Assembly (NCBI RefSeq): GCF_036321535.1
Contig: NC_087436.1
Coordinates: forward strand, 25,794,001 to 25,858,000
DNA: 64,000 nucleotides
Source: Camelus dromedarius
Taxonomy: Eukaryota
Direction of reading: 5' to 3'
Shown here: in pieces, positions 51,871-64,000 of the stretch
How positions within the stretch are numbered: the first letter of the stretch is position 1
Layout: every line of letters begins with the position of its first letter
Notes under the pieces: generated by a model
The model's database searches: none
What the model was told of the DNA's origin: nothing
What the model saw: the letters and a program-made list of their open reading frames with translations, nothing else
Program-made: the position numbers and the translations under genes

Positions 51871-54800
51871 ATGTCATTTGCGTGAGCACTTTTGGCTCCG
51901 CTTTGAATGGAATATTATGATTTATACACTTTTTGACTTTTTCCCCTCTATATGTCATAGGAGATCTCATTTCCTAGCTGATACTGTGCAATACTTACTT
52001 AGTAGAGAGTAAAGTCAAATACGTATCACTCTTATCACTTTAATCAGACACACTCAGAACACGGACAGTTTTCTGACAGAGCTAGGATTCTGCTATTTCT
52101 GTCTTACTGCAAATCAAATGATTAGAGTGATTTTATTTTATGCAATATAAAATCATATACATACATATGTGTATGAGGTAACAATAAAGTTAGTATAGAG
52201 CATTTTTAAAGAAAAAAATCTATTTACAATTACAAACATCCTCTCAAGACTAAGTCCATTTGTCCTTCTAACCAATTTCACATGTATATTTCTTATATCA
52301 TTGAAATCATATTGTGCTTTTATCAGTTCACATTATTTCATTAATATATTCATAATTATAATTTTATAGCCAAAAATATTTGTCTAAATAGGTGTTCAAA
52401 AATCTTTAAGTATTTCTCTTTTGCTGGACATAGGATATTTGTAATTGTTTTCAATTATAAATAATATGTAATTCATATTTATAAATTTAACTTTCCTTTG
52501 TTGAATTATTTTCTTTGGATGAATTCCCCAGAGTGGGTAATTAGTGGTATTTTTTCCACTGTGTGTTTACTAGACATTAGCAGTCTCTATCTGAAGAAGT
52601 TAAATAATAGCTTATACAAAATTCTAGTGACAATGTATACAAAGAGAAGGATAAAAATTGCAAACTGCACATTCACACAATGTTTAGAGAATAGGGGTTA
52701 CTAGTGAGACAGGCCCCTGGGCTATATTTATAGACCATGAGGGCAGCTTTAAATGATCTTCTTGGAAGACAGTTCTTTACTGAAGAACAGGAAAGGCCAT
52801 ATTACACTTCGCCTGAAAGTACCAAATTCAGTGTTATTATACTCAGTTGCCCATAAAGGCATACTAAATAGACAATGACTAGCAAAGGATAGTCAATTCA
52901 ACATCAGATACAGTATAAGTTTTAAAAAATCCAGTTATTTTTTTGAGTCAATTGTGTTTTCCTAGAGTATGAGTAAGAGTTTTGGACTCTAATTCTAAGA
53001 TATGCGATTAAATTATTTATCCTATCCCAGGTGCCCAGACATAAGCTAGAATCAAATTATCTCCCAGGTCTCATGAAAATTGTACACTAAATTTTAGGAT
53101 TGTTTTCAAGTTGCATATGATAGTTGCCTTAAGTACAGTACCTGACCATCTTTGAGTTGGTAACATTAGCTCCTGCCCATTTCACTTGGAAATTACTGCA
53201 AATAATGTCACAACCCTCAGCAGAGATTTGCTTTGGTTTAACTGAAAATCTTTTTTTTTACTGGTTTTGTCTAAACTCTTGCAGAATTATTGTTAGGCTG
53301 CATCAGATAATTGAAAGTACACAGGATAAAAGTCAGGATTTCTGGCCAAAATGTTATATAAAAAGCCAAAGTTCTATTATTGATGCAAGATATAAAATCT
53401 CAGTAAAATACATATTTTTTCCTTTAAAAATAAGTTTAAAAAGGGAATAAAAGATTGTTTTCTGATGCAAGCCAGGGTTTAGTTATGAATTTTAAATCAC
53501 TTTTCCATGGTATATAATAAAACTGGGAAATGAAAAACAACTGGTTTGAATAGAATGTTTGCTTTTTTCTCTCATTCTTTAGTATATTGCTTAATTTATG
53601 GGGGCATTTTCACTAACGTATAAAACATGTACTTCAAAGTGCAGAATTATTAGAGTGCCTAGTCCTCTTCCCATCGTTTTTGATTCACCTACATTAACTT
53701 TATTTAAATACAACGTATCTTCCTTCCAACCTCCACCAGCACATTACTAACAGCAATTCAACAATTTCATAGCTTTTGATTTTTAGTGTTTTCATGCAAT
53801 TTTTGTAAAAATCAACTTGGCTAGACAATGAATTATTTCAAGTTCCAAAAAGCAATAGGTTTATGTTTTCTTTTTTCTTTTGATTATCATTACTTTTAAC
53901 TTTCTACCTCTAATCCCCACAAATATTATTATTATGCTCTCCAGATATAAAGCAATCACCTGAAATCCTGAGTGGGACAGCATTTGTGACATCATCTCTC
54001 AAATATTTTTCCCTAAACTTATACAACCTACCGGTGGGATTTCAATCCACCAAGAATGGGTGAAGCTAACAGATACGCACCTATTCATTCAGAGATGAGT
54101 CACTGGGGAAAGTTTTTCTTGTTATCATCTTTGAGAAGATAGGAGCTCAGTTTCTCACAAGTTGCGAAGGAGAGAATCTTTCATGTTAAATAGTTTGAAA
54201 AATGTGTTAAATCAAGTTCATTTCCTATTTCTCAATCTTACAATTAAGGCATAACACTTTCACTGCTCTTTTTAGAATTGATTTGCCCAATGATAGAAAA
54301 CCTGGAGAAATTAATGTTAGCCACAAATTGGTATTGGTAAGTAGTGGACTGAGCTTTAAAACCAGTAACATAGTGCTTGATGGTAATATGGAAAACAGAG
54401 AGATTCATGGTATGCTTTAGTTTCAAAGATATACTAAAGTAGGTCATTCTAATTTATGTACCAAGTAGATGTTTTTGTTCCTACTATTTTCTTAGGAAAC
54501 TGCTGAAAAAGCAGAATAGGAAGAAGAAAAGTAAGTTTGCCCTCTGAGTTTTAACTAGGTGCTTCATTAAATTTAAGTTTATATGGTTGATGCCTAAAAT
54601 GAAATGAGAAAGGATTCTGAAACTGCTTTGAGATTTTCAGAGGGAAGCTAGCAAAGAAGAAAATGATTAGAGAAGAACAATTAGGATAGTTAAAAACTAG
54701 ACATCATTATCATAAGATGTATCTTAAAATAATGCACTTATTTCTTATTCCAGATGGTAGAAGCAGCATTTGTGGAGAGAAATGACATGGAGATGAATTT

Positions 54801-55682
54801 TGACTGAATTTGGATGTTCCAGAAATACAATCGAATAGGGTGCCTTATTAATAATGAGCCCCCCCAATCCCAGATATTTTTGAGCAATGGTCAGTGACTG
54901 TTAGAAAAAAAGGATGCTTTATAAAGGTGTTTGATATATTGGTTACACTATTTTACTATGTGACATTTCAGTTCTTTTCCAAATCTAAGACTGTATTTTT
55001 TCTAAATAATTTCTCTTTGTCTTGGTAAGGTTATTTGTTCTTTACAGGAAGCACATCATGGTTATTTTAAGCTAAGAAGTATGAGTTCTTATTTTAGCTT
55101 TTGTTTATACTTCAGGCTATGTAATATTACATGCAAAATGAAATGAAATGAGAAGAAATTTCAGATCCATATATTCACATAAGATTTCATTATCAAAAAA
55201 GAAAACAACAAATTTAAACTTTCCTTCCTCTTCTTACAAATAATTGTAAGTAGTTTTTCAACATAAACAATGCATACAGCAGTAATAGAGTCAGAAAAAG
55301 TAATGTGAGAAGAGTATCTATTCATAAATTTTAAAATGAAATGACAGTCTAAAATATGTATATAGTTTGTAAAAATTTTAACAGCATTTATAATATCTAA
55401 TAGGTTGTCTCCTGACAGTAGGTAATACAAGGTGGTCCTAAGTAGCCTTAATTGTAAATATTTTAAGAAAAACTTTGCTTCAGTTTGGAAGTTATAGTTA
55501 CCCAAGGAAATTTGAGTAATTTATATAAATTTAATGTTGGAAAAGATCTTTGATATGAAATGGCAATTCTTTTTTAAACAGTAAAATACACTGCAAAGAG
55601 CTTAAACGGATTATATAGGTATTCAGTGAATTAGTGAAAAGTAAAATATTAATATCCAATTATCTCCCATTAATACTTATCA

Positions 55683-55945
55683 TAATAATATTAATAGCTA
55701 ACACTTGATACAGTGCTTATTATTGTGGCAGGCATTTGTCTAAGCACTTTACATAATTAAGCACATTTATTCCTCCTATTAACCTCAAGAGAAATATTGT
55801 CCTATTTTACAGATATGGCAATTGAGGCATAGAGAGGTAAAGTGACTTGATGATGGTTATTTATGTAGGAAGTAGCAGCCTTGAGTTTGGAATCTCAGGC
55901 AGTCAGGTGGGTAGGCATTCTGAACCCCTGCACTATTCTGCCTCT
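55683..55945 (-). mobile_element. MIR SINE, near full length
   Basis: atagctaacactt...caggcatttgtctaagcacttta...cctattttacagatatggcaattgaggcatagagaggtaaagtgacttg. Confidence 0.85.
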
Positions 55946-58900
55946 CCAAACTGAGGTATTTTGGTACTTTTAAATTTCACACATAAAAATGTTTGAGGAT
56001 AGCAGTAAGTAAATGGGAACTGGCTAAGGAATTTTGTGTGTGTGGTTCAAATATCCCAGGTAAGAATTTAAAGATGTTTTAGGGTCTTTTCTAGGCAGTA
56101 ACTTTGTGTAAATGCCCTCTCCACCCCATCCCCCTAGAGCAATTTACCTCCCACTGGCATCCTGGAATTTGAGGATCAAGCCGCAGAGATAAGAGTAGAA
56201 TTCTGAGGCTTGTGTGAGGAGCTACCTTCTAAACCAAATGCCCTGGAAAGTTATTTCAAATGGAAATACTGTGTTGGCTGTTATGGGAAGGCTGAGAGAA
56301 GCAAGCGGAAGGGCTAAGTGAGCCAAGAAAGCAAAGGTAGAAGAATTAGTCAGCATGTACTAGTCTCACTGTGATGGGCTCAGTCTAAGTAGCATAACCA
56401 ATGAGAAAGAATGCCCTGTGACCTCCCTGGGTCTTGGGCTTTCAAGGTGTATTCTGATGTCTCCTTCTTCAAGGAGTCCCGAGGCATAGCACAGATCACG
56501 GAAAGAGAAGTAAGCTGAGAGAGGCAGAGGGTAATATAATGGAAGGTTATAGAGAGGGAGTGGGAGGCCTTGCAAGGCCACCAAGAGCAAGAGCAGAAGC
56601 AGTTGCTATAACTTTCAGAGAGTGGGTTGCAATTTCATATTATAGTAGACAAACTCATAAACACAGAAAAGAGATGAGGCTCCACTGGCTAGTTCACCTG
56701 AAAACAGAGGATCCAAGATGATGACACATGGCTCAGAATAGGAAAAGAGAACAAAAACAAAAGCAAGACAAAGAACTAGCAGTGTTGGGCATGGCCCTAG
56801 GGAAGTCAGTGTTCGGTGGGATTAGCTAGGTAGTAGTAAAAACTTGTCATTTTTGTTTTATTTTTTGTTCTATTTGTTTGGTTTTGGTTTTTGCTAATGT
56901 TTTTAAGTATTCGGATTCTGTCGCATATTTGTGTCTACACATTTTTTGAGTTCACTTATATACTACTTAACAATGGATATATTCTTAATCATCTCAACTA
57001 ATTCTCTGACTTTTTAGAGAGCCCGTAACCATACTGAACCTGAAATAGCTAACAGGGACTGTAGACAAGCAGGGAGCATTGGCTCAATTAGTATACAATT
57101 AGGGAGGGACATATGCAGTGGGAAATAGGTGCCTAAATTAAAATTGTGCTCCCACAGAGAATATTTGTGAGTTTTATCTTTAATACGGTTGCCAGAATGA
57201 CTAATTCTATGAAGACTTCAATATTCTAAGGTATTTTCAACCCTTACCCCTTTCCTCTCCCCCATTCTCTATTATATTTTCATAAACTTGGCCTTATGTA
57301 GAGATTGCAGGAATTTTTGTTTTGTTTGCTTGTTTTTTCTGTTTCAACTAAAGACCTATATTTACAGTGTTTGCTCAGAGGGTATTCATTTGAATTATCA
57401 CTGAAAAGGTTGCCGTCACAGAGGGGAAAACATTCGAGAAAGATTCAGTACAACATGCCCTTTTGTCTAACAAGAATTTGCTTCTCCATCAGTCTTGAGT
57501 TTGTTGCAGAGAGAGAGCAGCAGCACATTCAATTATTCATGTTTTCTAATTAAGCCTTGCTGATTGCACCTAAATGGAAACTCCACTTTGACGAGAACGT
57601 GTTCTTAATGTTTTTCACTAGAACAATAATTTGTCTGACAGTGATCTGTCTCTTTAGGATCCTGAGTAGCCTATTGGTGGGGTTTTGAACTCCCGTACAG
57701 ATATTATCTGTCATGCCAAAGGCCTCTGAATTGTTTATTTCATGTCTTGTTTAGAGATGACAATGAATCTGACTTTTTGCTAATGACCTTTTCATTATTG
57801 TCAGTATTGGAAATTTTGGGAAATGACAGAGCCAGATTCTGTTGCTACACGATTAGTTATTCCGTAGTTTCTGTAAGACATACTAAAATCTCATTTCTTT
57901 CAAAGCTGAGTGAAGTGATTCAAACATTACATTTATGTACTTGTCTCTTCTTGGTTTTTGTGTGGATGAAAAGTGTTACACATAAAAAACTGCCAGATGT
58001 CATTACTTTGGGCATGTACTTCCTAAAAAATGTTTGATTTTAAACATAGATATTTCCTAATTCTCAATTTAGATTCCTCAGTCTAAAATTTAGACTATTT
58101 TAGCACCATGTCAAAATGACTGCATGCATTTCTTACAATTTCATTCTTGCCTAACCTTAATTTATATGATCTTCTTAGTATATTTTCTTTATCACATATC
58201 TTAATTAGTAAAAATATTAAATGAATATATTAAACTATAAAAATCTATTTAAAGTACTTTGATAAATTTTTGTATATCACCCATTGATACATTTGAAATG
58301 AATACTCTAATTCATCTGAATAGAACAGTGACAACATGACAAAGTTCTGAATCATCCACTTTGGGTAACACTATTAATCAGATTACATAGAGAAATTGTC
58401 ATTCTGTTACTTCATAAGAAAACATCCCACTTTTAGTGTTTTCTAAAAGTAAATTATTTTTTATACACTGTTTTTGTTACTAAGTATAGAGTGTAATTTT
58501 TTATTTTCTATATAATTTATGGTGATTAAAGATGTATCTTAAAATGACAGATCTTTATTAAAAATAAAAATTGGAGATACATTTTATATGCAAAAAGCTA
58601 TTACAATTACTACATTCTGTCAGACTTGTATTTTTATTAATAGGTATAATATAGGTAGTTGGAACAGAATAAAAAAAAATTAGTGATTGCATTTTATTTA
58701 ACCTGGGAACTGGAATTTAAGACAATCTGAATATTCTCTGCATATGTTATTTTCCTAGACGATTTAACATTTAGTTTTCAAGGGAAACACCAATCATTTC
58801 ACTTATGATGGAATTACAGTGTAAAGAAAACAATTTCAAGTTTTGGATAGATCTTTACACATAATCTTACCAGCTTAACATATGTTTTTAAATGATATGA

Positions 58901-60199
58901 TATTATATACCACTTTTTAAGGCAAGAATTCAGGTAATGTTATGTATGCAATCAAGTAGCAACTAAAATATATTAGAGTAAAATCAAATATAGAAGCATA
59001 CCTATAGCAGTATAATTGGAAAGTGAGTAGTTTCAAGGAAAAGACAGAATAGATTTTCTGATAATGTATTTATCTCATACTCTATACTTTGATTACTTTT
59101 TAAAAATTTTTTTCAAATTGAATGATTAAGTTTTTCAGTTAGTTCCCAAGATAACATATAACAAATACTACTTAAGAAAGAACTAACTCTGTAAATGCTA
59201 TTTGACAAAACATTTCTTTGGGGTAGAACAATTTTTTAAGATTTTCTAGAAATTATTTATTCATTAAGTATAAATTGTTATGGATAATTCTGAAGTACCT
59301 GAAACACTTTATTGAAGAAATATTGTAATACTGAGTGGAATTATGAGACATTCTTGAGTTTGAGTCTTATTTTCTTATATACTGCAGTGCTGTTTACAAA
59401 CAATATTGACATTTAAATAAGCTAGATGATGACAATTATTCACAGTATTTTAGGATGCCTATAGGAAATTAAATATCTAGAATTTAATTTGAACTTAGAT
59501 TCCATTTACTTGTTTATACCACTACAGATGAAGGAATTTATAAAATCGATTTTCTGAATTCTGTTCATTTTTTTCACATAGATTTTCACCAAGGCCATGG
59601 GATTTTTTTGAATGCACTTCTATTGCATTTTCTGTTAAGAACTACATTAAATAGCTTTTAAGATATTGCAGTTAGGGAAAAGTTAGGCCAGCATTTTTAC
59701 CTTTCTTAATCTTCAAAGTATTAAAGTAAATTTCATTTGCATACAAATATCTAATATAGACTAAACTATGAAATAATTATCTTAATTTATATTTTATTTG
59801 AAACATATAACTCTGAAAAATATGTATTACTACCTCCAATGTATATCTGAGGAACCCAATACAATATAGTCAGAGTCATACAAGTAAAATGTAAAAAGCT
59901 TTGATCTTACTAGCCAAAGTTCATATTTATAGCCTCACCATCTCCCAAATCTGTATGCACTCCTATCCTCAGACTTAATGAAGCCCAGTGATTAATAGAT
60001 GACCTGAATTTTTTCACTTCCTAAAAGGAAAAGGTCTAGAGTCTTAATTGCATCCAAATAATATGTACTACCCATGAATACAACCTAAAAATTTTCTACA
60101 AAAAAGAGGCAGAGGATATAGGGGGCAGGGGGTTCTGACCCCAGGAAGCCCCATAGTTTGTTAGGTGAAAGTTAACAAAGGTCTAAACTGACTAACAGC

Positions 60200-60420
60200 A
60201 GTGCCAATGGAAAAGAAGGGATACCTGTAAGGAAATCACAGAAGTGGAATATATAGCACTTATCTCAACGCAGGTAGGTGGCAAAGAAGGAAAAGTAGTT
60301 AACAGATATACCAAGAGCAGAGACCCAGGCACTGGAAGGCTGATGGTGCCACGGACAGAAATAGGCATGTTAAGAAAAAGGCTACTTGGGGAGTGAAGAT
60401 GATTAACTGTAATGGAGAAG
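60200..60420 (-). mobile_element. L2 fragment
   Basis: ggcactggaaggctgatggtgccacggacagaaataggcatgttaaga resembles antisense L2. Confidence 0.5.
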
Positions 60421-62028
60421 CCAGTTAACAGAGGAAGGTTATAGAGTGTTAGGAGCAGTCCCATTAAACTGTGAACAATACTGAAAACTCCAAAAGCCTG
60501 TACCACTCGGCATTAAGTTTTAATAAATTTGTTCAGACTTTCCAAGTTCTACATTATAAATGAAGAAGTATATGAGTTTCTTTGATAGTATAAGCATGAC
60601 CAGTGTGGTTTTATTAGCATTCTCTGCAGAATACATTGCTCTTTCACCACCTGGGATATAAAACAAAGTGTGCTATTATGGAAAGCATTTATTTTAGAAA
60701 TAATAATCTATTTTTGCTATAAATAAGTCTACAATGTATGTTGCTTGACAAATGTGGCCTTATTCCTTTTTCTTTATTCAAGACTTCAAGAGAATTTAAT
60801 TTTGAATTTAAGCAACCAAACTAAAATAACATTAACTATAAACTTTTTTTTTTTCCATTTCTTTTCCTGAGCAGGCAAATGTTACTATGCATTTCAATTA
60901 GAAACATACTTGTCAGGTGGGAAGGAAGAAAGAATAAAGTGAGTCAGCAATGGAATAGGACAGGCTTCTTTACTGAGCCTGCTTCCTGAAAAAAAATAAA
61001 ATCTAGAAATGAATTATTCAAAGCCATTCTGAAACTAGTCAGCAACACTGAAATAGGGTTCAATACACCTGAAAACTGTTTAGGGGAATTATTTTAACTT
61101 CTACTTCTTGAATTTCTATAAAATTTCCTTGTTAAACAACAGCCAGAAAGACTTCCCTTAAAATTCCACTTCATTATGAGGGACCTGCAAACATTGCTAT
61201 TATTATTTTCTACTGCATGGAAAGCTTTCTCATAGTTAAAGACTGTGCTCCTAGCTATAACATCATATACCTGGGACTCAGCTGCTCATGGCTCTTTGAG
61301 TTTTCTGTGCCTTCCTTTCCCCATTACCATTCTACCCCATTTTTAGTAACCTCTCTCAAAGATCTGTTTGGACATTAGAAACAATACAAGAGTCCTATCC
61401 CAAGTAGGAATATTGATCTAGAATGTTTTCTTCTTCTTGTGAGTCAAACGGAATGGCTTCTTCAGAAAAGCCTGTTACATATTAAACACTCTAATGAAAA
61501 TAGAAATGGAATGGAATTTTTAAAGAAAAAGTATAAAAGAACTATTTGCTATGCATTTGAAAATCTACTGCTGGGCATATGTAGTGATATTCAAAATACC
61601 AGTTTAATTATGCTGACCTCTTGTTTTGTTCTTTTACACAAAATAAAATTAATCATTTAGTAAATCTGGTGTGATGGTAGCTTATAACTTATTTTTTATT
61701 CCATAAACAGATCTGAATATATCTGATATATTAACTACACCAAGGAAAATTCAACATTGAAAAAAAAATGAAAACAATGCCTATATGTACTGAAGTGGGA
61801 ACAGTGGCCAATGTTTAACAGGTTTCTTATAAAAATAAATGTCTTCCATGTTGTCCTAAACTTTGATGATGTTTTTAGGGTAACTGAAAATACAGTTAGT
61901 CAACTTTAAACTAGAAATGAAGAATAATAACTGATGGTGAAGGGGGTCAAGAAGATTTTCCAAATGGTAAAACAAGCATAGATAATTTAAAGAAAATCAG
62001 TTTCCAGATTTCAGATTTCCATATATAC

Positions 62029-64000
62029 CAGGCCTATCTCACTTTCTTGTGCTTCACAGATACTGTGTTTTTTTTTTACATATTGAAGGTTTGTGGCAAC
62101 CTCAAATCGAGCAAGTCTATCAGCATCATATTTCTAATGGCATCTTCTCACTTTATGTCTCTGTAATTACATTTTGGTAATTCTCACAAGATTTCAAACT
62201 TTTTCATTATTACTATTTTTATAGTGATCTGTGATCTTTGATGTTACTATTGTAATTATTTTGGGGTGTTGTGAACTGTGCCCCTATAACATGGTGAACT
62301 TAAATCCGTAAATACTGTGTATGTTCTGACTGCTTCACCAACTGGCCATTGTCCTTTCTCCCTCTCCCTATTCCCTGAGTCACCAGAATATTGAAATTAG
62401 GCCAATTAATAACCGTGCAAAGGCCTTTATATGTTCAAGTGAAAGGAAGTGTCACACATCTCTCACTTTATATCAAAAGCTAGAGATGATTAAGTTTAGT
62501 GAAGAAGGCATGTCAAAAGCCAAGACAGGAAGAAAGCTAGGCTTTTTGTGCCAAACAGCCAAGTTGTGAACACAAAAGAAAAGTTCTTGGAAGAAATTAA
62601 AAGTGCTACTACAGAGAACATACAAATGACAAGAAAGTAAAACAGCCTTAATTGCGGATATGGAAAAAGTTTTAGTGGTCTGGAGAGAAAATCAAACCAG
62701 CCAAAACATTCCTTCAGCCAAAGACCAATCCAAAGCAAAGTCCTGACTCTCTTCAACCCTGTGAAGCCTGAGAGAGATGAGGAAGTTGCAGAAGAAAAGT
62801 CTGAAGCTAGCAGAAGTTGGTTCATGAGGTTTAAGAAAAGAAGCCACCCATAATATCAAAGTGCAAGGTGAAGTAGCTGATGCAGAAGTTACAGCAAGTT
62901 ATCCAGGAGATCTAGCTATGATAATTAAGATCATTAATGAAAGTGGCTATACTGAACAACAGATTCTCAGTGTAGATCTTCTTCTTATATTGGAAGAAGA
63001 TGCCATCTAGAGAGGAGAAGTCAATGCCTGGCTTCAAAGCTTCAAAGGACACGCCAACACTCTTGTAAGGGACTAATGCAGCTGATGACTTTAAGTTGAA
63101 GCCAGAGCTCCTCTACTAAGAATCCTAGGACCCTTAAGAATTATGCTGAATCTACTCTGCTTGTACTCTCAAAATAGAAAAGCAAAGTCTAGATGATAGC
63201 ATATCTGCTTACAACATGGTTTACTGATTACTTTAAACTCAAACTTACTGCTCAAGAAAAGATTTCCTTAACACAATATTGTAAATCAACTTTACTTCAT
63301 ATTAAAAAAGACTTCCTTCAAATATTACTGCTTATTGACAGTGTACCCGGTCACTCAAGATCTCTAATAAAGATGTACAACAAGATTAATGTAGTTTTCA
63401 TTCCTGCTAACGACATCTGTTCTGCAGCTGATGAATCAAGGAGTAACTCTGTCTTTCAAATCTTGTTATTTAAGAAATAAATTTCACAAGGTTAAAGCTA
63501 CTATAGATAATAATTCCTCTGATGGATCTGGGCAAAGTCAATCAAAAGCCCTCTGGAAAAGATTCATTATCCTGCATGCCATTAAGCACATTCATGATTC
63601 ATGGGAAGACATCAAAATATCAATAGACATAGGAGTTTGGAAGAAGTTGATTCTAACCCTCATTGATGACTTTGAGGAATTCAAGACTTCAGTGGAGGAA
63701 GTAACTGCAGATGTGGCAAAAACAGCAAGAGAACTAGAATTTGAAGTGGAACCTTGAAGATGTGGCTGAAGTGCTGCAATCTCATGATCAAACTTCAACA
63801 GATGAGGAGTTGCTTCTAGTGGTTTCTTGAGACGGAACCTACTTCTAGTGAAGATGCTGTGAAGATTGTTGAAATGACAACAAAGGATTTAGCATATTAT
63901 ATAAACTTGGTTGATAAAGCAGCAGCAAGGTTTGAGAGGATTGACTCCAATTTTGAAAGTTTTACTGTGTGTAAAATGCTATCAAATAGCACTGCGTGCT
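62029..64000 (+). mobile_element. Tigger1 DNA transposon with decayed transposase; runs off the window end
   Basis: 5' end caggcctatctc...ttgaaggtttgtggcaacc; transposase remnants (aagtgaaaggaag..cacatctctcacttta; IDNNSSDGSGQSQSKALWKRF; VWKKLILTLIDDFEEFKTSVEEVTADV..ARELEFEVEP) with stops and frameshifts. Confidence 0.95.
63270..63305 (+). mobile_element. ~36-bp L1 3' tail inserted in Tigger1 with a 13-bp TSD
   Basis: aacacaatattgtaaatcaactttacttcatattaa flanked by aaaagatttcctt (63257-63269) and aaaagacttcctt (63306-63318). Confidence 0.8.

Noticed and set aside
56541..60446. Shared 14-mer ggaaggttatagag at ~56541 and ~60433
   Set aside because: Too short; a few such matches are expected by chance in 64 kb.
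62420..64000. Domesticated Tigger transposase (TIGD1-like) gene
   Set aside because: Start codon lost, many stops and frameshifts, and an L1 tail inserted in it.

Overview
Mammalian genomic DNA. The L1 3' UTR type and the absence of Alu, B1/B2, CHR/Bov or PRE-1 SINEs suggest a cetartiodactyl, most plausibly a camelid (inference). Positions 1-~12.1 kb hold the 3' part of the delta-2 protocadherin gene PCDH18 on the + strand. This comprises the end of the large first exon (1-1734), exon 2 (2518/2521-2606, NAGNAG acceptor), exon 3 (2697-2860), exon 4 (9373-10040 stop) and a 3' UTR with proximal and distal poly(A) signals. The spliced frame closes exactly (2655 nt, 884 aa plus stop). The remaining ~52 kb is gene-free and repeat-rich. 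It contains a 4.3-kb two-LTR class I ERV on the - strand with an internally deleted env remnant, L1s of several ages (some nested or only tens of bp long with TSDs), MLT1 and ERV1 solo LTRs, MIR, L2, MER47-like, MER58 and Tigger1 fossils, and a 227-nt pure-purine microsatellite. I see no convincing new gene or novel biological system. The most unusual observations are a 72-bp copy of the PCDH18 distal 3' UTR region inside an old L1 15.7 kb downstream, a second 50-bp dispersed copy bracketing the purine tract, and the ERV's structure. Repeat family names come from recalled consensus features and boundaries were set by eye.
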